This document shows, piece after piece, positions 15,505 through 23,523 of a DNA stretch of 43,445 nucleotides. Source of the DNA: a virus. The translations under genes and the position numbers were made by a program. The stretch is taken from IMG/VR virus record IMGVR_UViG_3300028589_000003, positions 1 through 43,445 of that record. One strand, written 5' to 3'. The notes beneath the pieces are model-generated. The model had not been told where the DNA came from. It saw only the letters and a program-made list of their open reading frames with translations, and ran no database searches. The first letter of the stretch is position 1. Every line of letters starts with the position of its first letter.

Positions 15505-16092
15505 ATGGCAGACCTGGCGCTTGTCCGAACTGCAAATGGGTTGGTCGGCGCCACGGAAGCCGACCGGGAGTTGATCAGCAAGACGAAGATCGGCAGCACG
15601 ATCCATGGCGACTTTAAGCGGATGCGCAACGCCAAGCTGCATGGGAAGTTCTTCGCGCTGATTGATCTGGCGTACCAGTACTGGGAGCCAACCGGTGGCT
15701 TGATTCCACGGCAGGAAATGCGCGGCATCATCGGCCTGCAGAAGTACTTCGAAGAACTCAACGAAAGGCCTGGGCAGCTTAATAAAGCCGTTCAGGCCTA
15801 CATCGACAAGCTGCAAGCCGAGCGCGCCGAGCGATTCCCGGCAGTCGAGAAAAGCCGCGAGGCCTTCCGAGAGTTCATCACCATCGAGGCCGGCTGGTAC
15901 GACATCACGCAGACGCCTGACGGCATACGCAAGAAGGCCAAGTCAATCAGTTGGTCGCGCATGGATGACGTCGCGTTCTCTGCGCTCTACAAGGACGTGT
16001 TCAACGCCTGCTGGCGCACCGTCCTGCAATCCCACTTCAACAACGAGGCTGATGCGATGGCAGCAGCCGAACAACTAGGCACTTTCGCCTGA
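15505..16092 (+). CDS. Hypothetical protein (DUF1367-like by eye)
   Basis: 195-aa ORF. The RMRNAKLHGKFFALIDLAY segment resembles lambdoid DUF1367 proteins. Confidence 0.55.
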   Translation: MADLALVRTANGLVGATEADRELISKTKIGSTIHGDFKRMRNAKLHGKFFALIDLAYQYWEPTGGLIPRQEMRGIIGLQKYFEELNERPGQLNKAVQAYIDKLQAERAERFPAVEKSREAFREFITIEAGWYDITQTPDGIRKKAKSISWSRMDDVAFSALYKDVFNACWRTVLQSHFNNEADAMAAAEQLGTFA

Positions 16093-16108
16093 CACCTAAG
16101 GAAGACAT

Positions 16109-17113
16109 ATGACCCGCGAACAAAAAGCACTGCTGGACCAAGCCCGTGCCGAAGGCAAGCTGCCGATGGAGTACTCGCCTGAATTCATCGTGCACGACAT
16201 GGTCGACACCATGCGCAACCAGATGGCGCGCTACGAAGTCGGCTACAAGAAGCTATCGCAACAGCAACAGGACACGGTTCTGGCAGAACTTCAGCATGCA
16301 GCCGAGGGCATCGCGCACACCGTGGCCCGCATGATCCACGCGGCCGGCAGCCAGACAGTGAACATGACCCTGAAAGACCTGAAGGTTTCGAATGGCCAGG
16401 TTACTGGCATGGTCAAGGCCGACGAGGACTATTACAACGACCTCATTAGCAAAGTGCAGGACAAGGGAGAGGTGCTGATCGTTCTGTACCCTCGCGAGTT
16501 CAGCGCCGGCATGGCTGACATCCAGTCGGAGAAGGATCAGCGCTCGCTACCATTGGAAGAAGGCGAGAAGCCAGCCAGGAAGCCACGCGGCAGCAAGTCC
16601 AAGCCGGCCGACGAGACGAAGGGCATCGAGATCCCGCCGAAGATGCTTTCGGATGCCCGCGACTTCGTGACCGTGAACTGCAATGCCCACATCAGCGGGA
16701 TGCAGAATTTCCTCAAGATTGGGTATGAAAAAGCGGTTGCCATCCTCGACAAGCTGGCCGCCGAAGGCATCGTCACCCGCACCTCCGAAGCTCCAAACGA
16801 TCAGTTCGAACTGGTCCGCGAGAAACCCTCCGCTGAGGCTCCCGCAAAGGACGCTGACGGCCTTCCAGAGACCTACGGCGATCTGACCTACAGCGAAGTG
16901 CAACAGACCGTGGTACTGCACGCCAAGAGCTTCTACCTGCCATGGCTGAGCGACCGCTTCAAGATCGAAGGTGAGCAGGCCGAGCACCTGGCCCTGCGTC
17001 TGCTGGATGACGGCGTGATCGAGGCCGAGCAGTCGGTTGAAGTCGAAGGCGAGCCGCCGCTGGTCACCTACAAGGTCATTGCCACCCTGGCTGATCTCGA
17101 TCTTCCGTTCTGA
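16109..17113 (+). CDS. Hypothetical protein with FtsK-gamma-like winged-helix segment(s)
   Basis: 334 aa. ISGMQNFLKIGYEKAVAILDKLAAEGIV resembles the FtsK gamma (KOPS-reading) domain pattern S.LQR...IGY.RAA.L.D.ME..GIV. A weaker second copy lies near the C-terminus (AEHLALRLLDDGVIE). Confidence 0.6.
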   Translation: MTREQKALLDQARAEGKLPMEYSPEFIVHDMVDTMRNQMARYEVGYKKLSQQQQDTVLAELQHAAEGIAHTVARMIHAAGSQTVNMTLKDLKVSNGQVTGMVKADEDYYNDLISKVQDKGEVLIVLYPREFSAGMADIQSEKDQRSLPLEEGEKPARKPRGSKSKPADETKGIEIPPKMLSDARDFVTVNCNAHISGMQNFLKIGYEKAVAILDKLAAEGIVTRTSEAPNDQFELVREKPSAEAPAKDADGLPETYGDLTYSEVQQTVVLHAKSFYLPWLSDRFKIEGEQAEHLALRLLDDGVIEAEQSVEVEGEPPLVTYKVIATLADLDLPF

Positions 17114-17161
17114 TCCATCCCGCCCCGGTTAACGCCGGGGCAACCCACCGAGAACACCACC

Positions 17162-17545
17162 ATGAACATGACTGCGATTTACGTAATGGCCGCAGTGCAG
17201 CGGGCGCAGAACGAAGGCGCTAGCAGCGTGAGCCTTAACGTGAAAGACATGATCGAGATGTGTCACTTGATCCAATCCGGCATGCACAAGGAGATCGTCG
17301 GGGTCCCGATGAAGCATGTTGGCTGGGCCAATCCATTCCAGATCCAGGCGATGCGCCGGGACAGGAAGAAAGACTTCCCTCTCAAGCGCAGGAAGTCCGC
17401 AGAGCACTGCGTGCAGGTCTTCTTCTCTGGCGACATCAGGGAGCACATGCAGGAATCCATTCGCCTCGTCGCAGTTCGCGAAGAGGAGCGCCGTCAAGAA
17501 AGAGAACGCCGGGAGAAAGCCAATGTGCAAAGTACTGTTCCGTAG
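17162..17545 (+). CDS. Hypothetical protein
   Basis: 127-aa ORF with a basic C-terminus. Confidence 0.55.
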   Translation: MNMTAIYVMAAVQRAQNEGASSVSLNVKDMIEMCHLIQSGMHKEIVGVPMKHVGWANPFQIQAMRRDRKKDFPLKRRKSAEHCVQVFFSGDIREHMQESIRLVAVREEERRQERERREKANVQSTVP

Positions 17546-17741
17546 CGGTTACATGTGGGCGATGGACGTTACCCGGGATCTGGTGGCGCTCACGGTCAAG
17601 GATGGCGGCTATGACGAACTTATCTGCATCACCAAGCGCGGCAAGCAGGACAAGCCTGATGACTACGCAAATGGCGTTCAGGCCTGGATCAACAAGCTGA
17701 TGGATGCGCGGGATGTGGCAGCCATGAGGGGAAAGTCATGA
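17523..17741 (+). CDS. Hypothetical protein (72 aa)
   Basis: ATG 17523 (MCKVLFRSGYMWAMD...) preceded by GGGAGAA. The longer track ORF from 17316 is an Arg/Ser-rich out-of-frame overlap. Confidence 0.5.
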   Translation: MCKVLFRSGYMWAMDVTRDLVALTVKDGGYDELICITKRGKQDKPDDYANGVQAWINKLMDARDVAAMRGKS

Positions 17742-17866
17742 ACCAGCGCGTCTACACCTTCAAAGAACTTATGCAGCGCCTGACGCACCGTGACTGGGCC
17801 GTCGCCGCCATCGGCAAAGACTTCTTTTTTGTTCCGCGTAGCTACCTTCCGGGGAGGAAGATTTGA
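17738..17866 (+). CDS. Small hypothetical protein (42 aa)
   Basis: Hand-translated MNQRVYTFKELMQRLTHRDWAVAAIGKDFFFVPRSYLPGRKI. ATGA overlap upstream and TGAATG junction downstream fill the gap exactly. Confidence 0.35.
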   Translation: MNQRVYTFKELMQRLTHRDWAVAAIGKDFFFVPRSYLPGRKI

Positions 17867-18118
17867 ATGGACGTTAAACGGTATCTGCCACAGAAAACGC
17901 CAATCGGCAACGTGATGAAGGAGAGCCCCGAAGGCTATTGGGTCTTGTCGAATGACTTCGACCGAATCCTAGCCGAGCGCGACGCCCTCCAGCAGTTGCT
18001 GAATGCGCGGGATGAGGAGATTGAGCGGCTGAAACAGGAGCTAGCTGACGAGCGCCTGCAATCGCTAGCAGATGGTGCTTTCGCTGAATACTGCGCAGAC
18101 AGGGAGAACCAAGCATGA
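17867..18118 (+). CDS. Hypothetical coiled-coil protein
   Basis: 83-aa ORF with GGGGAGGAAG upstream. Confidence 0.6.
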   Translation: MDVKRYLPQKTPIGNVMKESPEGYWVLSNDFDRILAERDALQQLLNARDEEIERLKQELADERLQSLADGAFAEYCADRENQA

Positions 18119-18738
18119 GCAAGAACGATATGGTGATGGGAAAGCCGGAGGCTTATCAAGTTCGACTGCGTGGCCCTAGTGGAGAGTGGTGCCCATGGTT
18201 CGATGTCGGAAAGTTCTTTTTCGACCACTTCCCATACGAAAAGGATGGAGTCGGTGAGAAGCGAGTACTTTTTACTGGTGACGCCATGGATGCCGTGTTG
18301 GCCGACCGAGACGCCTATGTGCAGAACGCTATCGACTTGCGCGCCCAAGCCGAAGAACTCAAGCACATAGCGCAAAAGAACGTTGATCGGAATGTTGACT
18401 TGAGCGCCCAGCTGGCCGAGCGGGATGCGTTGCTGGCCAGCGTTGTAAACTCGGGAGCGCTTTCGTGCGAGCAGTACGAAGAACTTGAGGCCGATTGCTG
18501 TGCCGCCGTCGATGTTGTTCATCAGGTCAAGCGACAGGAGTTCCATGAGCACCTGGACAAATGCGCCGCCCTATCCGCCAGCGCAGAGCCGAGCGCGCCG
18601 GTTGAGCGCGGCGGGCTCAAGGAGTGCCCGAAAGGTTATGGGCACGGCGGCCAGTGGTGCGGACCATCCTACAATTGCTGGCTGGATCGGCGCAGCGATG
18701 AAGAAAAGGCCCGCGCCGCCCTGGAGCGCAAGCCATGA
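18115..18738 (+). CDS. Hypothetical protein
   Basis: 207-aa ORF with coupled overlaps. Confidence 0.6.
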   Translation: MSKNDMVMGKPEAYQVRLRGPSGEWCPWFDVGKFFFDHFPYEKDGVGEKRVLFTGDAMDAVLADRDAYVQNAIDLRAQAEELKHIAQKNVDRNVDLSAQLAERDALLASVVNSGALSCEQYEELEADCCAAVDVVHQVKRQEFHEHLDKCAALSASAEPSAPVERGGLKECPKGYGHGGQWCGPSYNCWLDRRSDEEKARAALERKP

Positions 18739-19037
18739 CCATTCCTGAAATCGCGCCGTGCCCGTTCTGTGGAAGCTCTCAGTGCTCTCCGAATTACCAC
18801 AACCATCGGACCTGGGTTGAATGTGACGCCTGTGGAGCTCGCGGCCAATCGAGCAACTGCCCGAGTATTCAGGACAACCGAGGGCCTGCGGAAGGAGTCG
18901 CAATCAGGCACTGGAACCAGCGCGCCGGCCACTCAATCGCCGGCTACGAAGGTACCTCCGGCCTCTACTACAGCAAGCTCGCCGCCGTGGCCAATGGTGA
19001 ACAGCGGATCGAGCCTATCTACAGGGTGAAGAAATGA
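18735..19037 (+). CDS. Lar-family restriction-alleviation-like protein
   Basis: 100 aa. The pattern CPFCGS...VECDACGARG...AIRHWNQR matches the Lar/zinc-ribbon pattern. Confidence 0.65.
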   Translation: MTIPEIAPCPFCGSSQCSPNYHNHRTWVECDACGARGQSSNCPSIQDNRGPAEGVAIRHWNQRAGHSIAGYEGTSGLYYSKLAAVANGEQRIEPIYRVKK

Positions 19038-19330
19038 ACGGGCCAATTGAGTTTACCCGGGAGCAGCTTTTGCAGATGTGCCGATCGTATCGGGCTGGCG
19101 CCAGTCTTGAGGCGCTGGGCATGGAGTACGGCATCAGCAAGACCGCGGTATCGCGTCGGCTGAAGGCTCACGGCGTGAAGCTTCGTCCGCGCGGGTCTCC
19201 GCTTGGTGGCCGGTCAAGCGCAGCCAAGGATGCCATCCTGAAGCTGCTCGAGAAGGGCAAGACTCTTCAGCAGATCGCTGAATACATGTCCGTTACCGTG
19301 CGGACCATCTACCGGAGGCTTGAGTCATGA
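19034..19330 (+). CDS. Double helix-turn-helix DNA-binding protein
   Basis: 98 aa with two HTH-like units (GASLEALGMEYGISKTAVSRRLK and GKTLQQIAEYMSVTVRTIYRRL). Confidence 0.65.
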   Translation: MNGPIEFTREQLLQMCRSYRAGASLEALGMEYGISKTAVSRRLKAHGVKLRPRGSPLGGRSSAAKDAILKLLEKGKTLQQIAEYMSVTVRTIYRRLES

Positions 19331-19506
19331 AGCTAGCCCTATTCGTCCTTTACATCGTCGTGCTGTGCATTCTGGCGCTAATGGCGAAAGCATCTGACAG
19401 CTGCGCAATGCCAGTGTCTTGGAACTACCAGCCGGCCCCGCATGAACAACAACCAGAGCCCATGATGGCTAAGCATGGGTTCGGCGGAGAGAGGTGGGTA
19501 TTGTGA
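19327..19506 (+). CDS. Small secreted/membrane protein (59 aa)
   Basis: Hand-translated MKLALFVLYIVVLCILALMAKASDSCAMPVSWNYQ.... ATGA overlap with the upstream stop. Just below the track cutoff. Confidence 0.4.
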   Translation: MKLALFVLYIVVLCILALMAKASDSCAMPVSWNYQPAPHEQQPEPMMAKHGFGGERWVL

Positions 19507-19549
19507 TTGCCGTCGCCTATATGGCTTACCTGATCTGGAAGGCTCCCCA

Positions 19550-19846
19550 ATGAAGCAAGACAAATTCACCAAAGCAGCACGCGGCAGGGATTGCCTTGTG
19601 CGCTTGCCCGGGTGCCCGAACAACACTGAGACGACTGTGCTAGCGCATTACAGGCTGGCCGGCACCTGCGGAGTTGGCATGAAGCCGAATAACCTGCAAG
19701 GCGCGTGGTGCGACGACTACTGCCACAGTCGCGTCGACGGCCGCGTCAAGTCAGACTTGACCAGAGAGGAACTGCGCCTTTACCACGCTGAAGGCGTCAT
19801 GCGCACGATTGATGCGCTGGTTCGTGAAGGGGTGCTGAAGCCTTGA
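19550..19846 (+). CDS. YbcO/DUF1364-like putative nuclease
   Basis: 98 aa from ATG 19550 (RBS GGAAGG). The pattern CLVRLPGCPNNTETTVLAHYR...GMKPNNLQGAWCDDYCH matches lambdoid YbcO-type Cys/His proteins. Confidence 0.6.
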   Translation: MKQDKFTKAARGRDCLVRLPGCPNNTETTVLAHYRLAGTCGVGMKPNNLQGAWCDDYCHSRVDGRVKSDLTREELRLYHAEGVMRTIDALVREGVLKP

Positions 19847-19849
19847 CTG

Positions 19850-20656
19850 GTGAGCCAGAAAACAAACTCAAATAGGGGTGATACCGTGATCAAGTCTGAA
19901 GCTGATCTTTGCTCGATCTTTATCAGGGACTTAAACGCACAGCCTGGATGGATTTGCTATCCAGAATCTGGAGGATTCGACATCCTGGCCGTGCATGAAA
20001 GCGGACGCCAAATTGGCATTGAGGCCAAATTGCAACTGAATGCCAAGGTCGCAGATCAGATCATGCCCAACCCATGGCAATACAGGTATGGCATTAAAGG
20101 CCCAGACCATCGCCTTGTGATAGTCGGAAAGATTACTGATGCCAGCGCCGGAATTGCCAAGCTGCTGGGGTATATGGGAGTCCCTGTCCTTGTGCCAGAT
20201 CAGCGCGTGAGAAGCACAAAAGAGGGGATACGTGAAGTTCTGGAGTTCTGCTCATACAAGCTCAGCGACCTGCTCAGCGGGAAAGGCCATTGGGGTGATA
20301 TCGAACTTTTCGACTGGAATCCCGATGAGCGCTGCCCGGTTCCTATGGTTGTTCCAGATCTCCCGGCCGGCGTTCCTTCTCCAGTTCGCCTTACGCCATG
20401 GAAGGAAAAGGCCATTCGTGCTGTTGCGCTTCTCAGAAAGCAGGGATCTATCACATCAAAACAGATCAAGGAGCTTGGTATGAGCCCTACTACATGGACC
20501 CAGCATGGGGGCACAAGGGCATGGCTGGACAAGGGCCCCGTTCTTGGTCAGTGGTTAGAAACTGAAAGAATGCCAGCGTTCGACAAGCAACATCCTGAAG
20601 CCTATGCAATAGCGGTTGCCGACCTTGAAGAAAGCTCGAAAGGAAGCTTGATATAA
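19850..20656 (+). CDS. PD-(D/E)XK nuclease-like N-domain plus C-terminal winged-helix protein
   Basis: 268-aa ORF, with an alternative GTG at 19886 behind AGGGGTG. GGFDILAVHESGRQIGIEAKLQ is a D...E.K-type motif. C-terminal LLRKQGSITSKQIKELGMS is wHTH-like. Clearly AT-richer than the genome average. Confidence 0.55.
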   Translation: MSQKTNSNRGDTVIKSEADLCSIFIRDLNAQPGWICYPESGGFDILAVHESGRQIGIEAKLQLNAKVADQIMPNPWQYRYGIKGPDHRLVIVGKITDASAGIAKLLGYMGVPVLVPDQRVRSTKEGIREVLEFCSYKLSDLLSGKGHWGDIELFDWNPDERCPVPMVVPDLPAGVPSPVRLTPWKEKAIRAVALLRKQGSITSKQIKELGMSPTTWTQHGGTRAWLDKGPVLGQWLETERMPAFDKQHPEAYAIAVADLEESSKGSLI

Positions 20657-20676
20657 ACTCCGCCCTAAACGAGAAA

Positions 20677-20702
20677 GGCCCGCGCAATGCGGGCCATGTT
20701 TT
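20677..20702. terminator. Bidirectional terminator between the convergent operons
   Basis: ggcccgc-gcaat-gcgggcc gives a 7-bp GC stem, followed by atgTTTT on the plus strand and TTTCTC on the minus strand. Confidence 0.6.
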
Positions 20703-20720
20703 AGCTTCTCGAAATATCCC

Positions 20721-21743
20721 CTAAAGCAAGACTTCCTGCTGCGTGGTGTTGATCGTCGCGCTTGCAGTTCCATTGATTGAACCCGACCGGATGCGCACGA
20801 ACTTCCCGGCTGGGATATAGCGGCAGATAGACCAGTTGTTGCCCTGCACCTGATTCAGTACGACGGCCAGGGTTATCGTGTTGCTGTACGTCTGCTGGGC
20901 TTTCGTGGTCCAGTCGCCCGGCGTGGTGCTGTTGGTGTCTGCCGTCTCAAGGAACACGCTGGCCGAGGATGGTCCGCCGATGGTCGACGTGGTACTGAAC
21001 GAGCCTTCATAGCAGACGTGCGCAACCCGCGTAGCGCTGATCTGGAATCCGGTTGCCGTGGTCGTTGTGACCAGAGTACGGGCCGGGCTGTCGTTGATTG
21101 ATGGCGCAACAGGGGTTGCGTAGTTCGGGACGTTCAGAACGCCAGTGGCGCTGTTATAGGTAGCGGCGCCAGACGTGCCCGTGGTAGTCAACGAGATTGC
21201 AGATCTGGCCCCGGCCTGGTTGATGTAGGCCGACGGGTTCGTGGCGTTGTAGGGCGTGAATCCAAGCGCAGCAGTGACCTGTCCCGAGGTGATGCCGGTC
21301 AAGAATCCAGACGGGTTCCCAGTCAGCGGGTAGGCATCCGTGATCCCATAACCGGCCAGCGTCGTCGGCGTGCTGGTGATCGTGCTCCATGCCTGGGTGT
21401 GCGCTGATGGCGGGAACGTCGAAGGGATCCCCGTGAGCGATGCGTAGGTGCCGGCTGTGGCCACCGGTGCGAAGGTCGGCTTCCCGGTGATGTCAGTCCA
21501 TGCCTGAGGTAGAGCGACCAGTGAGCCGCTGCTGACCTGCAGCCCGGTGCCGATGGTCCAGTGCACGGGCAATACGGTCGACCCGTTGAATCCCATCAGG
21601 CCGTCTTGAGTTCCTGGCGGCTTGGCTACAGTGCGCGGGATGCTGCTGGTGTCTGTGGCGTTGCGCTGGTTCGTTACGATGTCGCTGGGCCCTGCAAATG
21701 CCAGCGCCGGCAATAGCGCAAGCGCGATCAGAAAGCGCTTCAT
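20721..21743 (-). CDS. Tail-fibre-like protein with N-terminal Sec-type signal peptide
   Basis: 340 aa. MKRFLIALALLPALAFA|GPSD has a basic n-region, a hydrophobic core and an AFA cleavage motif. Fibre-type repeats AWTDITGKPTFAP / AWSTITSTPTTLAGYGITDAYP. Thr/Ser/Gly-rich, with a beta-rich C-terminal domain. Confidence 0.7.
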   Translation of the reverse strand: MKRFLIALALLPALAFAGPSDIVTNQRNATDTSSIPRTVAKPPGTQDGLMGFNGSTVLPVHWTIGTGLQVSSGSLVALPQAWTDITGKPTFAPVATAGTYASLTGIPSTFPPSAHTQAWSTITSTPTTLAGYGITDAYPLTGNPSGFLTGITSGQVTAALGFTPYNATNPSAYINQAGARSAISLTTTGTSGAATYNSATGVLNVPNYATPVAPSINDSPARTLVTTTTATGFQISATRVAHVCYEGSFSTTSTIGGPSSASVFLETADTNSTTPGDWTTKAQQTYSNTITLAVVLNQVQGNNWSICRYIPAGKFVRIRSGSINGTASATINTTQQEVLL

Positions 21744-22120
21744 GCGGTGATCCTCGAAAGAATGGCGGGCTTGTTCCGGTAGAACACGCAGTTGTCGCCA
21801 GGGTTGAACATGTAGTCGGCGCCATTTACGGCGATCGACGACTGGAAGTGAGCCAGCGCAATCTGGCCGTCAGAGTTTACGAAGACCCGCTGGCCTACCC
21901 TGCCGTCAGAGTTGCCGGGCAAGTTGATCGTCACGGCATTGAGCTGGGCGCCGCCAGTCTCAAGGTTCAGGGTAACGTCGTTGTTGGTGTTCGGGATCGT
22001 AACCGTCTGGCCTTCTGTCACAGCCTGGTTCATTACCGTCATGGGTGAACCGCCAGCCATAGCTTGATCGATCATGGCCTGCACATCTGTCTGGCTCATT
22101 CCGATTGCCGGCCCGATCAT
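21740..22120 (-). CDS. Hypothetical protein (126 aa), fibre-cassette member
   Basis: ATG 22120 (MIGPAIGMSQTDVQ...) forms an ATGA overlap with the upstream stop. Its own stop overlaps the start of the fibre-like gene. Confidence 0.6.
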   Translation of the reverse strand: MIGPAIGMSQTDVQAMIDQAMAGGSPMTVMNQAVTEGQTVTIPNTNNDVTLNLETGGAQLNAVTINLPGNSDGRVGQRVFVNSDGQIALAHFQSSIAVNGADYMFNPGDNCVFYRNKPAILSRITA

Positions 22121-22413
22121 GATGTCACCTGCTGCACGCACATGCGGCCTTTAGGAGTGAATCCGACCTCCCAGTACAGAACCCATACCCCAGGCGGATT
22201 CAAACTCAGCGTGCGTGCCGGAAGACCTCCTAGCACCAGTTCATAACCGTGTCGGTCATCTTCTCCATCAGTGGTCGGCGGAGTGGCGCCCTCCCACACA
22301 GCACACCGGCCACCGTTCTTGTTCTGCATCAAAAGCGGAGTGCCAACGGCGAACCCGGTCAGCGCGTACACGTTCTGCCATACCCCTACGGTCGGCTTGA
22401 TGTCTTTGATCAT
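22117..22413 (-). CDS. Hypothetical protein (98 aa), first gene after the lysis-cassette terminator
   Basis: ORF with GGAGAAGG upstream of the ATG. Confidence 0.6.
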   Translation of the reverse strand: MIKDIKPTVGVWQNVYALTGFAVGTPLLMQNKNGGRCAVWEGATPPTTDGEDDRHGYELVLGGLPARTLSLNPPGVWVLYWEVGFTPKGRMCVQQVTS

Positions 22414-22425
22414 TCGTCCTTCTCC

Positions 22426-22449
22426 AAAAGAAAAGGGGCCGTAGCCCCT
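22426..22449 (-). terminator. Rho-independent terminator after the spanin genes
   Basis: Minus strand reads AGGGGC-TACG-GCCCCT followed by TTTTCTTTTGG. Confidence 0.65.
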
Positions 22450-22452
22450 AGT

Positions 22453-22656
22453 TCAGCGCTTCCCGCACTTGAGGTCCCACATGTCGTTATGTGCTGCGAT
22501 CTCTTCCTTCGTCTGCCTGGTCATCACCTTGCGCTCTGCGGCGGTTGTGGTGATCGGCTTTACCCAGGCACAGCTTGTGTCAATCACTACGGGAGTGACG
22601 CTGCAACCGGCGCTCAAGCTCATCGTCAGAATCAGCAGCCACCTCAACTTCGACAT
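22453..22656 (-). CDS. Outer-membrane spanin (Rz1-like lipoprotein)
   Basis: 67 aa. Signal peptide with lipobox LSAGC. The gene overlaps the 3' end of the upstream gene in a different frame, which is classic overlapped spanin architecture. Confidence 0.75.
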   Translation of the reverse strand: MSKLRWLLILTMSLSAGCSVTPVVIDTSCAWVKPITTTAAERKVMTRQTKEEIAAHNDMWDLKCGKR

Positions 22657-22828
22657 GGGTACGCTCCGTTGCGGCCTGCGCCGCCTTCTCGTTTTGCACA
22701 GAGGCCTGTTCAGTCTTGGCCTGCTGTGCGCCCTCTTTCTTTCCGCTGGACTTCCCTATGGCGTTTCCGCCGAAGAAGCCCAGGGCTGCCGCTACCAGCG
22801 CGACAATCCCTATGATCCATTCAATCAT
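22580..22828 (-). CDS. Inner-membrane spanin (Rz-like) candidate
   Basis: 82 aa. One N-terminal TM helix (IIGIVALVAAALGFFGG) then a charged helical region. Directly follows the endolysin and overlaps the o-spanin. A small holin cannot be excluded. Confidence 0.6.
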   Translation of the reverse strand: MIEWIIGIVALVAAALGFFGGNAIGKSSGKKEGAQQAKTEQASVQNEKAAQAATERTHVEVEVAADSDDELERRLQRHSRSD

Positions 22829-22831
22829 GGC

Positions 22832-23311
22832 TCAGTCCTCGATCAGGTTAGACGCTATCCGATTCGCCCATCCCTTGGCGAAAGATGGCCAGTTTTTCAG
22901 CCCGGTCATGAACTTGAGCCGGTACCCACTGAAGCGCTTGTCGAGTTTCTGAGGGTCCATGGCGCGTACTGCCGCTAGAGTCTTAGGCCCGATCACGCCA
23001 TCATCCGTGACGCCGGCTGCGCGCTGGAGGATCTTCACGGCCTGCCCTACGCCAGAGTTGACTGCTGTGTCGAACACATCGAAGCGTACGACCTCTGGCA
23101 TTTCCTCTGCGCGAACCCGCTTCCAGTACAGGGCCTGATAGATCTCCTTGGCCGTGTCACGCGGCAGACTACGCATGTCGCCTGTGTAGCCCCATGACCT
23201 GGCCACGGTTTGAGTTACGCCCCACATGGTTGATCCGCCTGGGTCGTCAGGGTGGCTTGAGTAACCGCCCTCATGTCCGATCAGGCGGTCGAATGCTTCG
23301 TTGAAGTTCAT
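22832..23311 (-). CDS. Endolysin, GH108-type muramidase with peptidoglycan-binding domain
   Basis: 159 aa. LIGHEGGYSSHPDDPGGSTMWGVT matches the GH108 N-terminal signature. AGVTDDGVIGPKTLAAV is a PG-binding-type motif. Confidence 0.85.
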   Translation of the reverse strand: MNFNEAFDRLIGHEGGYSSHPDDPGGSTMWGVTQTVARSWGYTGDMRSLPRDTAKEIYQALYWKRVRAEEMPEVVRFDVFDTAVNSGVGQAVKILQRAAGVTDDGVIGPKTLAAVRAMDPQKLDKRFSGYRLKFMTGLKNWPSFAKGWANRIASNLIED

Positions 23312-23523
23312 GGCGATACCTCAACCAAGTCTTCTGCGGGGACTACGAAACATGGGTAGCCGCCGCTAGCGTCTAGCGTGACAGAGATATGAGGCCTTCC
23401 GGTAAATTCAGACTCTGCCTTGGCGCATCCAAAGTCTTCTTCAAGGCATTCATAAACCGATGTACCGGCAATTACGTCGGGGTTGATAACACTGTCTTTC
23501 AGCAGCCGATATTTCATAGTCAC
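23308..23523 (-). CDS. Hypothetical protein (71 aa)
   Basis: ORF coupled to the tailspike stop and the endolysin start. Soluble and acidic. Confidence 0.55.
   Translation of the reverse strand: MTMKYRLLKDSVINPDVIAGTSVYECLEEDFGCAKAESEFTGRPHISVTLDASGGYPCFVVPAEDLVEVSP

Noticed and set aside
17122-17141. Hairpin gccccgg-ttaacg-ccggggc after the 334-aa gene, considered as a terminator.
   Set aside because: It is followed by aacccacc with no U tract. Its function cannot be supported from the sequence alone.
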